Positions 1 to 9,337 of a stretch of DNA of 64,000 nt are shown piece after piece; the stretch's first letter is position 1; each line of letters starts with the position of its first letter. This stretch comes from a virus: the IMG/VR virus record IMGVR_UViG_3300042898_002309, positions 1 through 64,000 of that record; one strand, 5' to 3'. Position numbers and translations under genes: made by a program. The notes beneath the pieces are model-generated. The model was not told where the DNA came from. It ran no database searches and saw nothing but the letters and a program-made list of their open reading frames with translations.

Positions 1-2
1 GA

Positions 3-137
3 GATATACTAATGATATGTACTACTAAATTAGAATTGTCATACCAAGAAACTAAACATCAATTTGTATTAGGAGTACTTGAGTCTGATAAATATTTAAA
101 CGGTAATATACTGGGACGTTTCTATAAATTTAAATAA
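3..137 (+). CDS. 3' fragment of GIY-YIG-like nuclease-family protein (truncated by window start)
   Basis: Frame 3 is open from the window edge: DILMICTTKLELSYQETKHQFVLGVLESDKYLNGNILGRFYKFK*. Matches the 'EIL.C.K.ELSY.E.K.QF..VL...Y.N.NI.G.F' C-terminus of a common phage GIY-YIG-like family. Not in the ORF track. Confidence 0.6.
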   Translation, partial: DILMICTTKLELSYQETKHQFVLGVLESDKYLNGNILGRFYKFK

Positions 138-161
138 TATAAGTTTAAATAATAAAAAGTT

Positions 162-554
162 ATGGATAAAAATAGTTTAGAAAAAATAATGTTTGGCTTA
201 GTCAGTCATGGTATTAAAAAAGTTGTAGTACATTATGAAGGTGGTGGAGATAGTGGAGCAATTGAATATGTTAATGCTACTCAAGATCCATATATAGATT
301 ATGATGAATTAGAAAATTGGGATCAAGAATACTTATTAAATGATATTGATAGTGGATTAAGTACTTTAATTGAAGATTACTGTCAAGAGATGTTATTAAA
401 TGATATAGAAGACTGGTGGAATAATGAAGGTGGCCGTGGTTATGTTCATATTGATGTAGAACTTGGTACATATACAATTAATAATAGTATCAGAGTTGCT
501 GATTGGGAAGAATATATTTATGAAGGTAGTTTAAAAGATAAAAATAAGAAATAA
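162..554 (+). CDS. acidic hypothetical protein, DUF6878-like
   Basis: 130 aa, V.HYEGGGDSGAIE and WWNNEGG.G motifs; stop overlaps the next start (TAATG). Confidence 0.55.
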   Translation: MDKNSLEKIMFGLVSHGIKKVVVHYEGGGDSGAIEYVNATQDPYIDYDELENWDQEYLLNDIDSGLSTLIEDYCQEMLLNDIEDWWNNEGGRGYVHIDVELGTYTINNSIRVADWEEYIYEGSLKDKNKK

Positions 555-895
555 TGAGTCATCCTATACAACATGCAAAATCTGCTGCAAAACGGTGGGG
601 AGGAACATGGGAAGATTACATAGCTATTGAGGAGTGGTTTGATGAAACTAAAGCCTGGATAGGTCATAGTAAACACAGAATGTTTAGACATCATAGTGAA
701 GGTATATTTGAATGTGAAAAAGTATTTGGAATGTCTTTTGTCAACTCAGATGGTAAAACTGTATATACAAGATATGTTGGAGAACAACATGTAAAAGAGG
801 ATTGTAATAATTATATCCCAAGTGCTAAAGAATGGGTTCAGAATTTAGATAAACCCACAGAATGGATGATTAAAACCTTAAAAATAGAAGACTAA
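554..895 (+). CDS. DUF6915-like His-rich putative metal-binding protein
   Basis: HP..HA.S...WGG...DY, HR.FRHHSEGIF, NSDG, GEQHV.ED motifs. Confidence 0.7.
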   Translation: MSHPIQHAKSAAKRWGGTWEDYIAIEEWFDETKAWIGHSKHRMFRHHSEGIFECEKVFGMSFVNSDGKTVYTRYVGEQHVKEDCNNYIPSAKEWVQNLDKPTEWMIKTLKIED

Positions 896-1068
896 TGGAA
901 AAGATGAACAAAGAAGTAGAAACACAAGTAGTAAACTTGTTAAATCAATTAGAAGTACTAATTTCTAATAATATGGAATATGATGATGAAAATCCAGAAA
1001 CATGTCAAAAAACTGAAGTTTTAGGGTTATTAAATTATATTGAATCTGAACTTTTAGAAATATACTAG
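895..1068 (+). CDS. small hypothetical protein (57 aa)
   Basis: ATG overlaps the previous stop (TAATG); MEKMNKEVETQ...ELLEIY*; fills an operon gap. Confidence 0.65.
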   Translation: MEKMNKEVETQVVNLLNQLEVLISNNMEYDDENPETCQKTEVLGLLNYIESELLEIY

Positions 1069-1072
1069 AATT

Positions 1073-1168
1073 ATGGAAATGCAATTATTTATAATAGATG
1101 GCTATAGAATCTGGGCATTTACATATGAAGATGCATATGCAAATTACTTAGTGATATCAAAATTATAG
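1073..1168 (+). CDS. very small hypothetical protein (31 aa)
   Basis: MEMQLFIIDGYRIWAFTYEDAYANYLVISKL*; tiles exactly between its neighbours (4-nt and 2-nt gaps). Confidence 0.55.
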   Translation: MEMQLFIIDGYRIWAFTYEDAYANYLVISKL

Positions 1169-1170
1169 AA

Positions 1171-1578
1171 ATGGAAAAAGTAGTACTGAATAGAGAAAGT
1201 GTTGAAAGTATATATGAAATGTATAATTCTCCTGATAAAGAGAATCATGTTGTTGCAAATGAAATACTAAATAATTGTGATATTGATGCATCTGAAGGAT
1301 GGTTAATCATATTTTATGGTATGAGTTTAAAAAGTGATGATTATTGGTTAGAAAATATACCTAATGTTTTTGTTAGAGTCCGTGAATTAGGTATTCAAAG
1401 TGATCATAAGTTAAGTGCAGCACAACTTGTTAATGCTTTAATTGTTGCAAAAGTAGAACCTGGGATTATGGATTATTATTTAGAAATTCATGTTGAAGAC
1501 TTAAAAAGAGCAATGTCAAACTGGGGTTATCCAGTTAATAAGTTAAATTACTCAATAACATTAAAAAATGAAGAGTAG
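1171..1578 (+). CDS. hypothetical protein; shares the EMxNSxDxxNHxxAxEI motif with 4044..5297
   Basis: 135-aa ORF overlapping the next gene. Confidence 0.7.
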   Translation: MEKVVLNRESVESIYEMYNSPDKENHVVANEILNNCDIDASEGWLIIFYGMSLKSDDYWLENIPNVFVRVRELGIQSDHKLSAAQLVNALIVAKVEPGIMDYYLEIHVEDLKRAMSNWGYPVNKLNYSITLKNEE

Positions 1579-2758
1579 AGAAGATAGTTTAGCAAAAACC
1601 AGTAAAGACTTGATGTTAAAAGAGCCCTATTATGGGTTCTTTTTAATCATGTTAAATAAAGTATGGAATAATAAAATAGTTCCTACTGCTGGTGTAAGTA
1701 AAAATAATATTAATTATCAACTTACAATTAATGAAGATTTCTGGACAAGTTTATCTGAGGATCATAGATTAGGTTTACTTAAGCATGAGTTACTTCATAT
1801 AGCTTTTGGTCATCTTACTATGTATTTTAAGTTTAGTGATAAAAAACTGGCTAATATAGCTATGGATATGGAGATTAATCAGTATATTTCAGATGAATTA
1901 CTACCAGAAGGTGGTATTAATATAGATGATTATCCTGATTTAAATCTTGATAGAAAAGCAGGTTGTAGATATTATTATGATAAACTACAACAGGCTAAAG
2001 AAGATAAAGACAAAAATGGCACAAGTGGTGATGATAATTTTGATAAGTTAGCTGATCAAATGGATGCTGGAGATGAAATGGCCAGTGATCATCCTACTTG
2101 GGCTGATTTTGAAGACATGACTGAAGCTGAGCAAAAGCTAATTGAGAAACAATTGAATAAAATTCTCAATGATGCTAAGGAGATGACTGAAAAGAAAAGA
2201 GGTAATATCCCTGGAGAAATTGAGGGTTTACTTGAAATGGAAGAAATTAAGCCTGCTAAATTTGATTGGAGAGGATATATCAGAAGATTTACTGGTGTGT
2301 CATCTAAAGTGTATACTAAAAAGATAAGGAGAAAAGAGAATAAAAGATATTCTGAGAATCCTGGTCTTAAGATTAAAATGAAACAACATATGTTGTTGGC
2401 TATTGATACTTCAGGATCAGTATGTGATCAAGAGTTACATGAATTTATGAATGAAATATTACACATCTATAAACAAGGTGTTGATATTACCATAGTACAA
2501 TGTGATACTGCTATCAAAAGCATAGAACCTTATAAAGGTAAAAATGAAATTGAGATATATGGAAGAGGTGGGACAGAATTTGATCCCGTCCTTGAATATT
2601 ATAATGAGAATATAAGAAAATATACTAGCTTAGTGTATTTTACTGACGGTGAGTGTTATACTAATGTAAAGCCAAAAGCTCCTGTATTGTGGGTGCTGTC
2701 TGAGCAATCTTATATGAACACGGAACTTCCCGGAAAAGTTATTAAGTTAGAAATTTAA
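1568..2758 (+). CDS. HExxH metallopeptidase + vWA domain protein (DUF2201-type, MoxR partner)
   Basis: LLKHELLH zinc motif, N.A.D.EINQ, MIDAS motif IDTSGS, GRGGTEF, YFTDG. Confidence 0.9.
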   Translation: MKSREDSLAKTSKDLMLKEPYYGFFLIMLNKVWNNKIVPTAGVSKNNINYQLTINEDFWTSLSEDHRLGLLKHELLHIAFGHLTMYFKFSDKKLANIAMDMEINQYISDELLPEGGINIDDYPDLNLDRKAGCRYYYDKLQQAKEDKDKNGTSGDDNFDKLADQMDAGDEMASDHPTWADFEDMTEAEQKLIEKQLNKILNDAKEMTEKKRGNIPGEIEGLLEMEEIKPAKFDWRGYIRRFTGVSSKVYTKKIRRKENKRYSENPGLKIKMKQHMLLAIDTSGSVCDQELHEFMNEILHIYKQGVDITIVQCDTAIKSIEPYKGKNEIEIYGRGGTEFDPVLEYYNENIRKYTSLVYFTDGECYTNVKPKAPVLWVLSEQSYMNTELPGKVIKLEI

Positions 2759-2771
2759 AAAATTAAAAAAG

Positions 2772-3947
2772 ATGAGTCAAGTTCAATTAAATGTAGAAGA
2801 ATTAAAAGGGTTTTTAAAACACATAGTTGGTAATAATCAATACATCCAAGCTGAAGGTAAAGTACCTGTTGCAATAAATGTAGAAGGTGATGCAGGTCTT
2901 GGAAAGACTTCAGCTGTTAAGCAATTAGCAATTGAGATGGGTATGAATATTATTAAATTAAATCTTTCACAGATTGAAGAGTTAGGTGATTTAATTGGTT
3001 TTCCATTCAAAGAATTTGAGATGGTTAGAGAAGATGGTGCTACTAAATGGGTTCAAGAATCTTTAATGGAAACTTATATTAAGAATAGATATAAACCTAC
3101 TAATAGTAGTAGAATGTCACATGCTGCTCCAGAATGGATACAAGGGCAAGGTGAAGGTGGTTTCTTGATTTTAGATGATTATACTAGAGCTGATCATAGA
3201 TTTATGCAAGCAACTATGGAGCTTATTGATCAGCAGGAATATATTTCTTGGAAATTGCCAAAAAACTGGCACATAATATTAACTTCAAATCCAGACAATG
3301 GAGATTATAATGTAACTGCATTAGATGTAGCTCAAAAGACTAGATTTATCTCAGTTGAAATTAAATTTGATATTAATGTATGGGCTAAGTGGGCTGAGCA
3401 AGTAGGAATTGATGGTAGATGTATCAATTTTATGTTGATGAATCCAGAAGTAGTAACTCAAAAAGTTAATCCAAGAGCTATTACTACTTTCTTTAATGCT
3501 ATTAGTTCTATTGAGAAGTTTGAAGAGCAGTTACCGTTAATTCAAATGATTGGAGAAGGTTCAGTAGGACCTGAATTCTCTAGTATGTTCACTATGTTTA
3601 TTAATAACAAGATGGATAAAATTATATCTCCAGCTGATATTATGACTAATGTAAATGAAGCATATGTAGTTGGAGCATTAAATGGAGCAATAGGTACTGG
3701 AGATGAATTTAGAGCTGATATTAGTAGTATTATTACTACAAGACTTATAAATTATTCATTGACACATGCAGCTAATCATTCTATAAGTGATGCTATGATA
3801 AACAGATTAGTAAAACTTACTACAGACTGTGATGCATTCACTAATGATCTTAAATACTATTTAGTGAAAGAGTTATTAGCAGGCAATAAGCCTAAATTTG
3901 CTAAGCTAATGCAAAATCCACAAGTAGTGAAGATGGCTGTTAAATAG
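2772..3947 (+). CDS. MoxR-like AAA+ ATPase
   Basis: Walker A GDAGLGKTS, Walker B LILDDYTR, LTSNP sensor-1, AQKTRF arginine finger; adjacent to the vWA gene. Confidence 0.9.
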   Translation: MSQVQLNVEELKGFLKHIVGNNQYIQAEGKVPVAINVEGDAGLGKTSAVKQLAIEMGMNIIKLNLSQIEELGDLIGFPFKEFEMVREDGATKWVQESLMETYIKNRYKPTNSSRMSHAAPEWIQGQGEGGFLILDDYTRADHRFMQATMELIDQQEYISWKLPKNWHIILTSNPDNGDYNVTALDVAQKTRFISVEIKFDINVWAKWAEQVGIDGRCINFMLMNPEVVTQKVNPRAITTFFNAISSIEKFEEQLPLIQMIGEGSVGPEFSSMFTMFINNKMDKIISPADIMTNVNEAYVVGALNGAIGTGDEFRADISSIITTRLINYSLTHAANHSISDAMINRLVKLTTDCDAFTNDLKYYLVKELLAGNKPKFAKLMQNPQVVKMAVK

Positions 3948-4004
3948 TAAAAGCATAAAACTGTTTCCCATAAAAAGGAGCATAAACACAATTAAAACAA
4001 ATAT

Positions 4005-4030
4005 AAAGCGGTGTAAAAGCCGCTTTTTTT
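4005..4030 (+). terminator. intrinsic terminator
   Basis: aaagcgg-tgtaaaag-ccgcttt followed by a T run. Confidence 0.75.
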
Positions 4031-4043
4031 AAAATTAAATTAT

Positions 4044-5297
4044 ATGAAAGAGGCATTATTTATAGAAATGGAACTTACAAATGGTGATTGGTATGATAAT
4101 CATGACATAAATTCTTTATCTTTTAGGTTTGAAATAGAAACTAAAATATGTGATTTTGATAATGTGGATGATAATAAAATATTTAACACAGTATCAACAG
4201 GTTATATACCTACATTAAATGATAAATTATATTTTGCAAAAGGAGTTAATATTCCAAGAGTAAAACTTAAAAATCTGACAAAAGATTACAAAATTAAATC
4301 TACTACTAATTTAGCAGATGCAACAGCAATTTTTGTTTCAGAAAATAGTAATTCAAAATACATTACTTATCAATGGACATATACTGTTGCTACTGTTGAG
4401 TTTAAACAATATTTTGAAAATTATTTAGCTTTAAACTTAGGTGATGATTATTATAATCAAAAAGTAATAGATGCATTAGAATTTTATACTGAAGAATCAA
4501 TTGGAGTTTCATATAATACAAGAGGTTTTCTTGAAAGTTCATATATTCCATTTAGATTAACATCTGGTACTAGTTATTCTTCTAAAAGATATAATAAAAT
4601 ACAAGATGAGTATCTTAGTGCTTATCATGAAATAAATAAGTCAACTCTACCAGTATATGATGAATCAGAATTACTAAAACACCTTAATGGAAATGAGGCA
4701 TTAGGTATTGATTCTGATATGTTTGAAAGTTTATGTGAAATGTTTAATAGTTCTGATACTGATAATCACACAATGGCTATGGAAATCATGGCTAATTCAA
4801 ATTTTGAAGACAGTGTATTATATCTTAGTTTACTATTTTATTCATACTCTGGTCAAATGCAGCAATGTAGAAGTAAAGGACATGTAAATTTTAAATCATT
4901 ATTATCTTTAATGACATTACCAAGTTCATATTTTAGAATGAATATTGATGATGTTATGGATAAACTGAAAAAGCATAAGCAATTAACTAAAGAAAATGTT
5001 GACATAGTGCTAAAGCTCCACGGGGATGATATAACTGATGGAGGTAATTCTTTATATTTTAGAGTAAAAACTATTACTTTATGTACTGAATATCTTGAAG
5101 CTATGGATTTTAATTATACTTTTGTAGTGCAAGAAGACTTTGTTGTATCATCCCCAGAACTTGAATTACCTGATTTAGAAGAAGAAGCAGTTGTTGCATC
5201 TATTGCAACAGAACCTGAAAAAATAGATAAAGTCTTAATTGATTTTGATAATGTGAATCTAGAATTAAAAACAAACACTGATGGCTATTTCTTATAA
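4044..5297 (+). CDS. hypothetical protein with acidic C-terminal tail
   Basis: 417-aa ORF containing LCEMFNSSDTDNHTMAMEIMAN. Confidence 0.75.
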   Translation: MKEALFIEMELTNGDWYDNHDINSLSFRFEIETKICDFDNVDDNKIFNTVSTGYIPTLNDKLYFAKGVNIPRVKLKNLTKDYKIKSTTNLADATAIFVSENSNSKYITYQWTYTVATVEFKQYFENYLALNLGDDYYNQKVIDALEFYTEESIGVSYNTRGFLESSYIPFRLTSGTSYSSKRYNKIQDEYLSAYHEINKSTLPVYDESELLKHLNGNEALGIDSDMFESLCEMFNSSDTDNHTMAMEIMANSNFEDSVLYLSLLFYSYSGQMQQCRSKGHVNFKSLLSLMTLPSSYFRMNIDDVMDKLKKHKQLTKENVDIVLKLHGDDITDGGNSLYFRVKTITLCTEYLEAMDFNYTFVVQEDFVVSSPELELPDLEEEAVVASIATEPEKIDKVLIDFDNVNLELKTNTDGYFL

Positions 5298-6288
5298 TGA
5301 AGAATTAAATCAATTTTATAATAGTGACTTTTATTTTAGTTACTCAAGTATAAATAAGCTGCTGTATTCACCGGCAGCTTTTTATAGACACTATATCTTA
5401 AATCAAAGAGAAGATATGGTTGATGCTCATTTAGTAGCAGGGAAAGTAGTACATTGTTTACTACTTGAACCAAAGAATTTTGATAAAGAATTCATAGTAA
5501 TACCTAGTAATCTTCCAAAAGATAACAACAGGTTATTAGTAGATGAAGTCTTTAAGGTTTATCAATCACAACCTGATACTGATTTAACATTAACTGATTT
5601 CCCTGATTCAATAATTAATGTACTTGCAGGTATTAACTTGTATCAGTCATTAAAAAATGATGAAGGTAGAATTGCAAAAATGACAACTGAACAGAATATG
5701 CAGTACTTTGAATTTTTAAAAGTAAAGCAAGGTAAGACTATTGTGGATCAAGCTACACTAGACACAGCAAAAGAATCTGTAGAGTTATTAAGAAAGCATC
5801 CAATTGTGAGTGAGTTGATGCAACTTAATGGTGATATAGATGAGAATGTTAAGATCTTTAATGAAGAAGGTGTACAGATAAAATCAAGTAAGTATAAATT
5901 TGGTTTTAAAGGTATCTTAGATAATGTAGTCATGGACTATAATACTAAGACTTTATTTATTAATGACTTAAAAACAACTGGTAAACCTATTCAGGATTTT
6001 CCAGACTCAGTGCAATATTATAAATATTGGATACAGGCCGTCATGTATAAACAGTTGAGTTTGGGTAAATATCTTAAAGGTATACCTGATATGGCTGAAT
6101 GGAAAATTGTTATTACTTTTATTGTGATTGATAAAGCTAATTTAATTTATCCTTTTCAAGTATCAACAGAAACATTAAAGGTGTGGGAAGAAAATTTTAA
6201 AGAGATATTGACAGTTGTAGACTATCATTATACTAATAAGGATTTTACTCTTCCATATCAATTAGCAACCGGTAATGTAAAACTATAA
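5281..6288 (+). CDS. PD-(D/E)XK exonuclease (RecE/DUF3799-like)
   Basis: FSYSSI, G.VVHCLLLE, KGILD, INDLKTT, YWIQAVMY motifs. Confidence 0.85.
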   Translation: MAISYNEELNQFYNSDFYFSYSSINKLLYSPAAFYRHYILNQREDMVDAHLVAGKVVHCLLLEPKNFDKEFIVIPSNLPKDNNRLLVDEVFKVYQSQPDTDLTLTDFPDSIINVLAGINLYQSLKNDEGRIAKMTTEQNMQYFEFLKVKQGKTIVDQATLDTAKESVELLRKHPIVSELMQLNGDIDENVKIFNEEGVQIKSSKYKFGFKGILDNVVMDYNTKTLFINDLKTTGKPIQDFPDSVQYYKYWIQAVMYKQLSLGKYLKGIPDMAEWKIVITFIVIDKANLIYPFQVSTETLKVWEENFKEILTVVDYHYTNKDFTLPYQLATGNVKL

Positions 6289-6293
6289 CAATT

Positions 6294-6863
6294 ATGAGTA
6301 TTAGTGCGCTTTATAAGAATTACTTTCAAAAATCCAAGATATTTGTATATCCACTCTTGGGCATTAAAAAAGGTTTAAGTGTTACTCCAGTTCAAACTTA
6401 TTTTGGCTGGAATGATTATGTAAAACCTGAGGATATGAAACTAGTAGCAATTTTTCATGAAAGAAAAGATCAAGACTATCTGAATTTTGAGAAAAATGTA
6501 CTGTTAAAACACAATAGACTAAGTGATTATATTAAACTGAATGATACTGAGGTATTATATACATTTGATTTTTCTGACATGAAAGATGATTGGATGCATT
6601 TAATTAATGGTAGATACAGTAAGATGAATCCCACAGTTAAGCGCAAAATAAGAGACCATTTTGATAAGAATGGCAGCAATTTCATGTATATGGATAGCTT
6701 TTTATTTCCTGAAAAGTATTTTAATATTTATTCTGAGTTACTTGGTATATCAGAAGAGACATTAAGAGATGTAGGAGAATTATGTACTATACCAGATATG
6801 GAAAAAGAAATATTAATAGTAAACATAGAAGAGTTACAAAAATTAAATAAAGATTTAAAATAA
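6294..6863 (+). CDS. conserved phage hypothetical protein
   Basis: 189-aa ORF within the operon; F.YPLL.I and G.YSK motifs. Confidence 0.7.
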   Translation: MSISALYKNYFQKSKIFVYPLLGIKKGLSVTPVQTYFGWNDYVKPEDMKLVAIFHERKDQDYLNFEKNVLLKHNRLSDYIKLNDTEVLYTFDFSDMKDDWMHLINGRYSKMNPTVKRKIRDHFDKNGSNFMYMDSFLFPEKYFNIYSELLGISEETLRDVGELCTIPDMEKEILIVNIEELQKLNKDLK

Positions 6864-6868
6864 AAATT

Positions 6869-7255
6869 ATGACAGGAGAAAACACAATGACATTAATTAG
6901 TTCAGAATGGAATGGACACAGTACATTTAGAATGATACCAGTATCTAATGATTCACCCTATGTAGAGTGTATCTATGATTTGACATCAGGATTATTTGTT
7001 ATCATAGGTAAAGTAACTAAAACTACATTACACATGTTACCAAAACTAGATGAAAATGGAGACCCTACTGCTACTAAAGCATTGAGACCTAATGGTAGAA
7101 ATGTAAAAGAAGAAAGAGTGTCAAGTGAAACATTTCAAGAGTACTACTTAGATAACAAGTTAGATATTAAAAATCTAATTAACTATATAGGTATTAATGC
7201 TAAAGAGTTTGACTTTCAGACTACACTTGATAAAGCAGTACAACCTGCAAAATAA
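6869..7255 (+). CDS. hypothetical protein
   Basis: 128-aa ORF within the operon, followed by a terminator. Confidence 0.7.
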   Translation: MTGENTMTLISSEWNGHSTFRMIPVSNDSPYVECIYDLTSGLFVIIGKVTKTTLHMLPKLDENGDPTATKALRPNGRNVKEERVSSETFQEYYLDNKLDIKNLINYIGINAKEFDFQTTLDKAVQPAK

Positions 7256-7265
7256 TTAAATAATT

Positions 7266-7298
7266 CACAGAGTGTCATTACTGATGCTCTGTGTTTTT
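7266..7298 (+). terminator. intrinsic terminator
   Basis: cacagagtgtca-ttac-tgatgctctgtg followed by ttttt. Confidence 0.75.
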
Positions 7299-7335
7299 AA
7301 CTAAATAGGGGAAACAGCTTAACTGAATAATAAAT

Positions 7336-9336
7336 ATGGCACAAACAGCTAAGACCCACTGGGTTATGGATTATGAGACTATGATTAACTGTTTCATAGC
7401 ATGCTTTGAAAGCATAAAATCAGATGAGAGACATGTATTTGTTGTACATGATTTACAAAATGATTTTGATGATTACATTCAATTTATTAAAAGGAATATA
7501 TTACATGATGAATGGCATGTATCTTATAATGGATTAGGATTTGATGGTCAGATAACTGAATATATAATTCAGAATGCTGAAAGTCTATCTTATATGTCAG
7601 GTAGTGAAATTGCTAACTGGATATATGGTAAAGCACAGCATGTAATTAATAAACAAAGTAATGGGGAATTCCTAGATTTTTATGAAAAGACTATGAGTGT
7701 TAAGCAAGTAGATGTCTTTAAGTTAAATCATTGGGATAATCCTGCTAAAAGAAGCTCACTAAAGTGGATTCAGTATAGTATGGATTGGGAAAACATACAG
7801 GATATGCCAATACACCATACTACCAAAGTGACCACATTTAATCAGATTGATGAGATAATTGGTTATTGTTGGAATGATGTAAAGTCAACTAAGCGTATAA
7901 TGATGCTTAGTAAAAGTCAAATTGCTTTAAGGAAAACATTAACTGAGGAGTATAATATTCCTTTATTCAGTGCATCTGAGCCAAGAATTAGTAAAGAGTT
8001 GTTTTTACATTTCTTGAGTGAGAGTACTGGTATTAAAAAGTATGAGTTAAGACAATTAAGAACTAAAAGAGAAAGTATTACTGTAAAAGATATAATACTT
8101 GATTATACTGAATTTAAAACTGCAACATTTCAAAAACTATTAACAAGATTTAATGAAATAATTGTATATCCAGAAAACACAAAAGGAGGATTTAAATATA
8201 GTCTGAATTATAAAGGTGTTAAAACTGATTTTGGTTTAGGTGGTATTCACGGTGCAAGAAAGAGTGGTATATATGAGTCTAGTAAAGATGTTATTATTAT
8301 GTCAAGTGATGTGGTATCATATTATCCCAACTTAGCAATCAGAAATGGTTGGTCTCCAGCACATTTACCAAAAGCAGAATTTTGTGAGTTATATGAATGG
8401 TTCTTTAATGAAAGAAAGAAGATAAGTAAAAAAGATGTAAGGAATTATGTATATAAGATTATTCTTAATTCAACTTATGGATTAAGTAATGATGCTAATA
8501 GTTTTCTGTATGACCCAGAGTTTACTATGCAAATTACAATTAATGGCCAGTTAAGTTTATGCATGCTATATGAAATGATATGTGAAGAGATTCCTGATGC
8601 ATATCCTTTGATGCAAAATACTGATGGTCTAGAAACTATTATACCTAGAGAATATCAAGATAAGTATCTAGAGATTTGCAATAGATGGGAAAAGATAACT
8701 AATCTTCAATTAGAACATGATACTTATAGTAAAATGATTCTTGGAGATGTAAATAACTACATAGCAATACATGATTATAAACTTGTTGATAAAGATAGAT
8801 ATAATGAAATGAAGCAAGAGAATCCGCATTATCTTTTTAAAGAAGGAAATGGTACGTTCTATTATGCTGCAACTAAGTGTAAAGGTAGATTTGAGTTTAA
8901 TAATCTGGCCTTACATAAAAATAAAAGTTTTTTAATTATACCAAGAGCAATATATTATCATTTTGTACACGGTATTAAACCTGAAGCTTTTCTACTTACT
9001 CAGACTAATGTGTATGATTATTGTGGAGGAGTTAAGATAAAAGGTGACTGGGAATTTATTGAAGAGAAAATAGAAATGTCTGAGTATTCAGCTACAAAAC
9101 TACAGCAGACTATTAGATATTATATATCTGAGAAAGGGTCTAAAATTATTAAGACAAATAAAACTGATGGTAGAAAGATACAAGTTGAAAGTGGTAAGTG
9201 GATGCAGACTGTATTCATTAACTATGTAAAGAAACCTTTTGATGAATATTTAATTAATAAGCAATTTTATTTACAGAAAATCAATAAAGAAATTAACCAG
9301 TTAGCACCAAATAGTAATCAATTAAAATTATTTTAA
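7336..9336 (+). CDS. polB: DNA polymerase family B (crAss-like type) with 3'-5' exonuclease
   Basis: ExoI MDYET, ExoII YNGLGFD, ExoIII YCWNDV, motif A SDVVSYYPN, motif B YKIILNSTYG, motif C NTDG. Confidence 0.93.
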   Translation: MAQTAKTHWVMDYETMINCFIACFESIKSDERHVFVVHDLQNDFDDYIQFIKRNILHDEWHVSYNGLGFDGQITEYIIQNAESLSYMSGSEIANWIYGKAQHVINKQSNGEFLDFYEKTMSVKQVDVFKLNHWDNPAKRSSLKWIQYSMDWENIQDMPIHHTTKVTTFNQIDEIIGYCWNDVKSTKRIMMLSKSQIALRKTLTEEYNIPLFSASEPRISKELFLHFLSESTGIKKYELRQLRTKRESITVKDIILDYTEFKTATFQKLLTRFNEIIVYPENTKGGFKYSLNYKGVKTDFGLGGIHGARKSGIYESSKDVIIMSSDVVSYYPNLAIRNGWSPAHLPKAEFCELYEWFFNERKKISKKDVRNYVYKIILNSTYGLSNDANSFLYDPEFTMQITINGQLSLCMLYEMICEEIPDAYPLMQNTDGLETIIPREYQDKYLEICNRWEKITNLQLEHDTYSKMILGDVNNYIAIHDYKLVDKDRYNEMKQENPHYLFKEGNGTFYYAATKCKGRFEFNNLALHKNKSFLIIPRAIYYHFVHGIKPEAFLLTQTNVYDYCGGVKIKGDWEFIEEKIEMSEYSATKLQQTIRYYISEKGSKIIKTNKTDGRKIQVESGKWMQTVFINYVKKPFDEYLINKQFYLQKINKEINQLAPNSNQLKLF

Positions 9337-9337
9337 A

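Noticed and set aside
895-1168. TAG stop-codon reassignment, known in some crAss-like phages
   Set aside because: Multi-kb genes are intact under the standard code, and TAG read-through here does not fuse frames with downstream genes.
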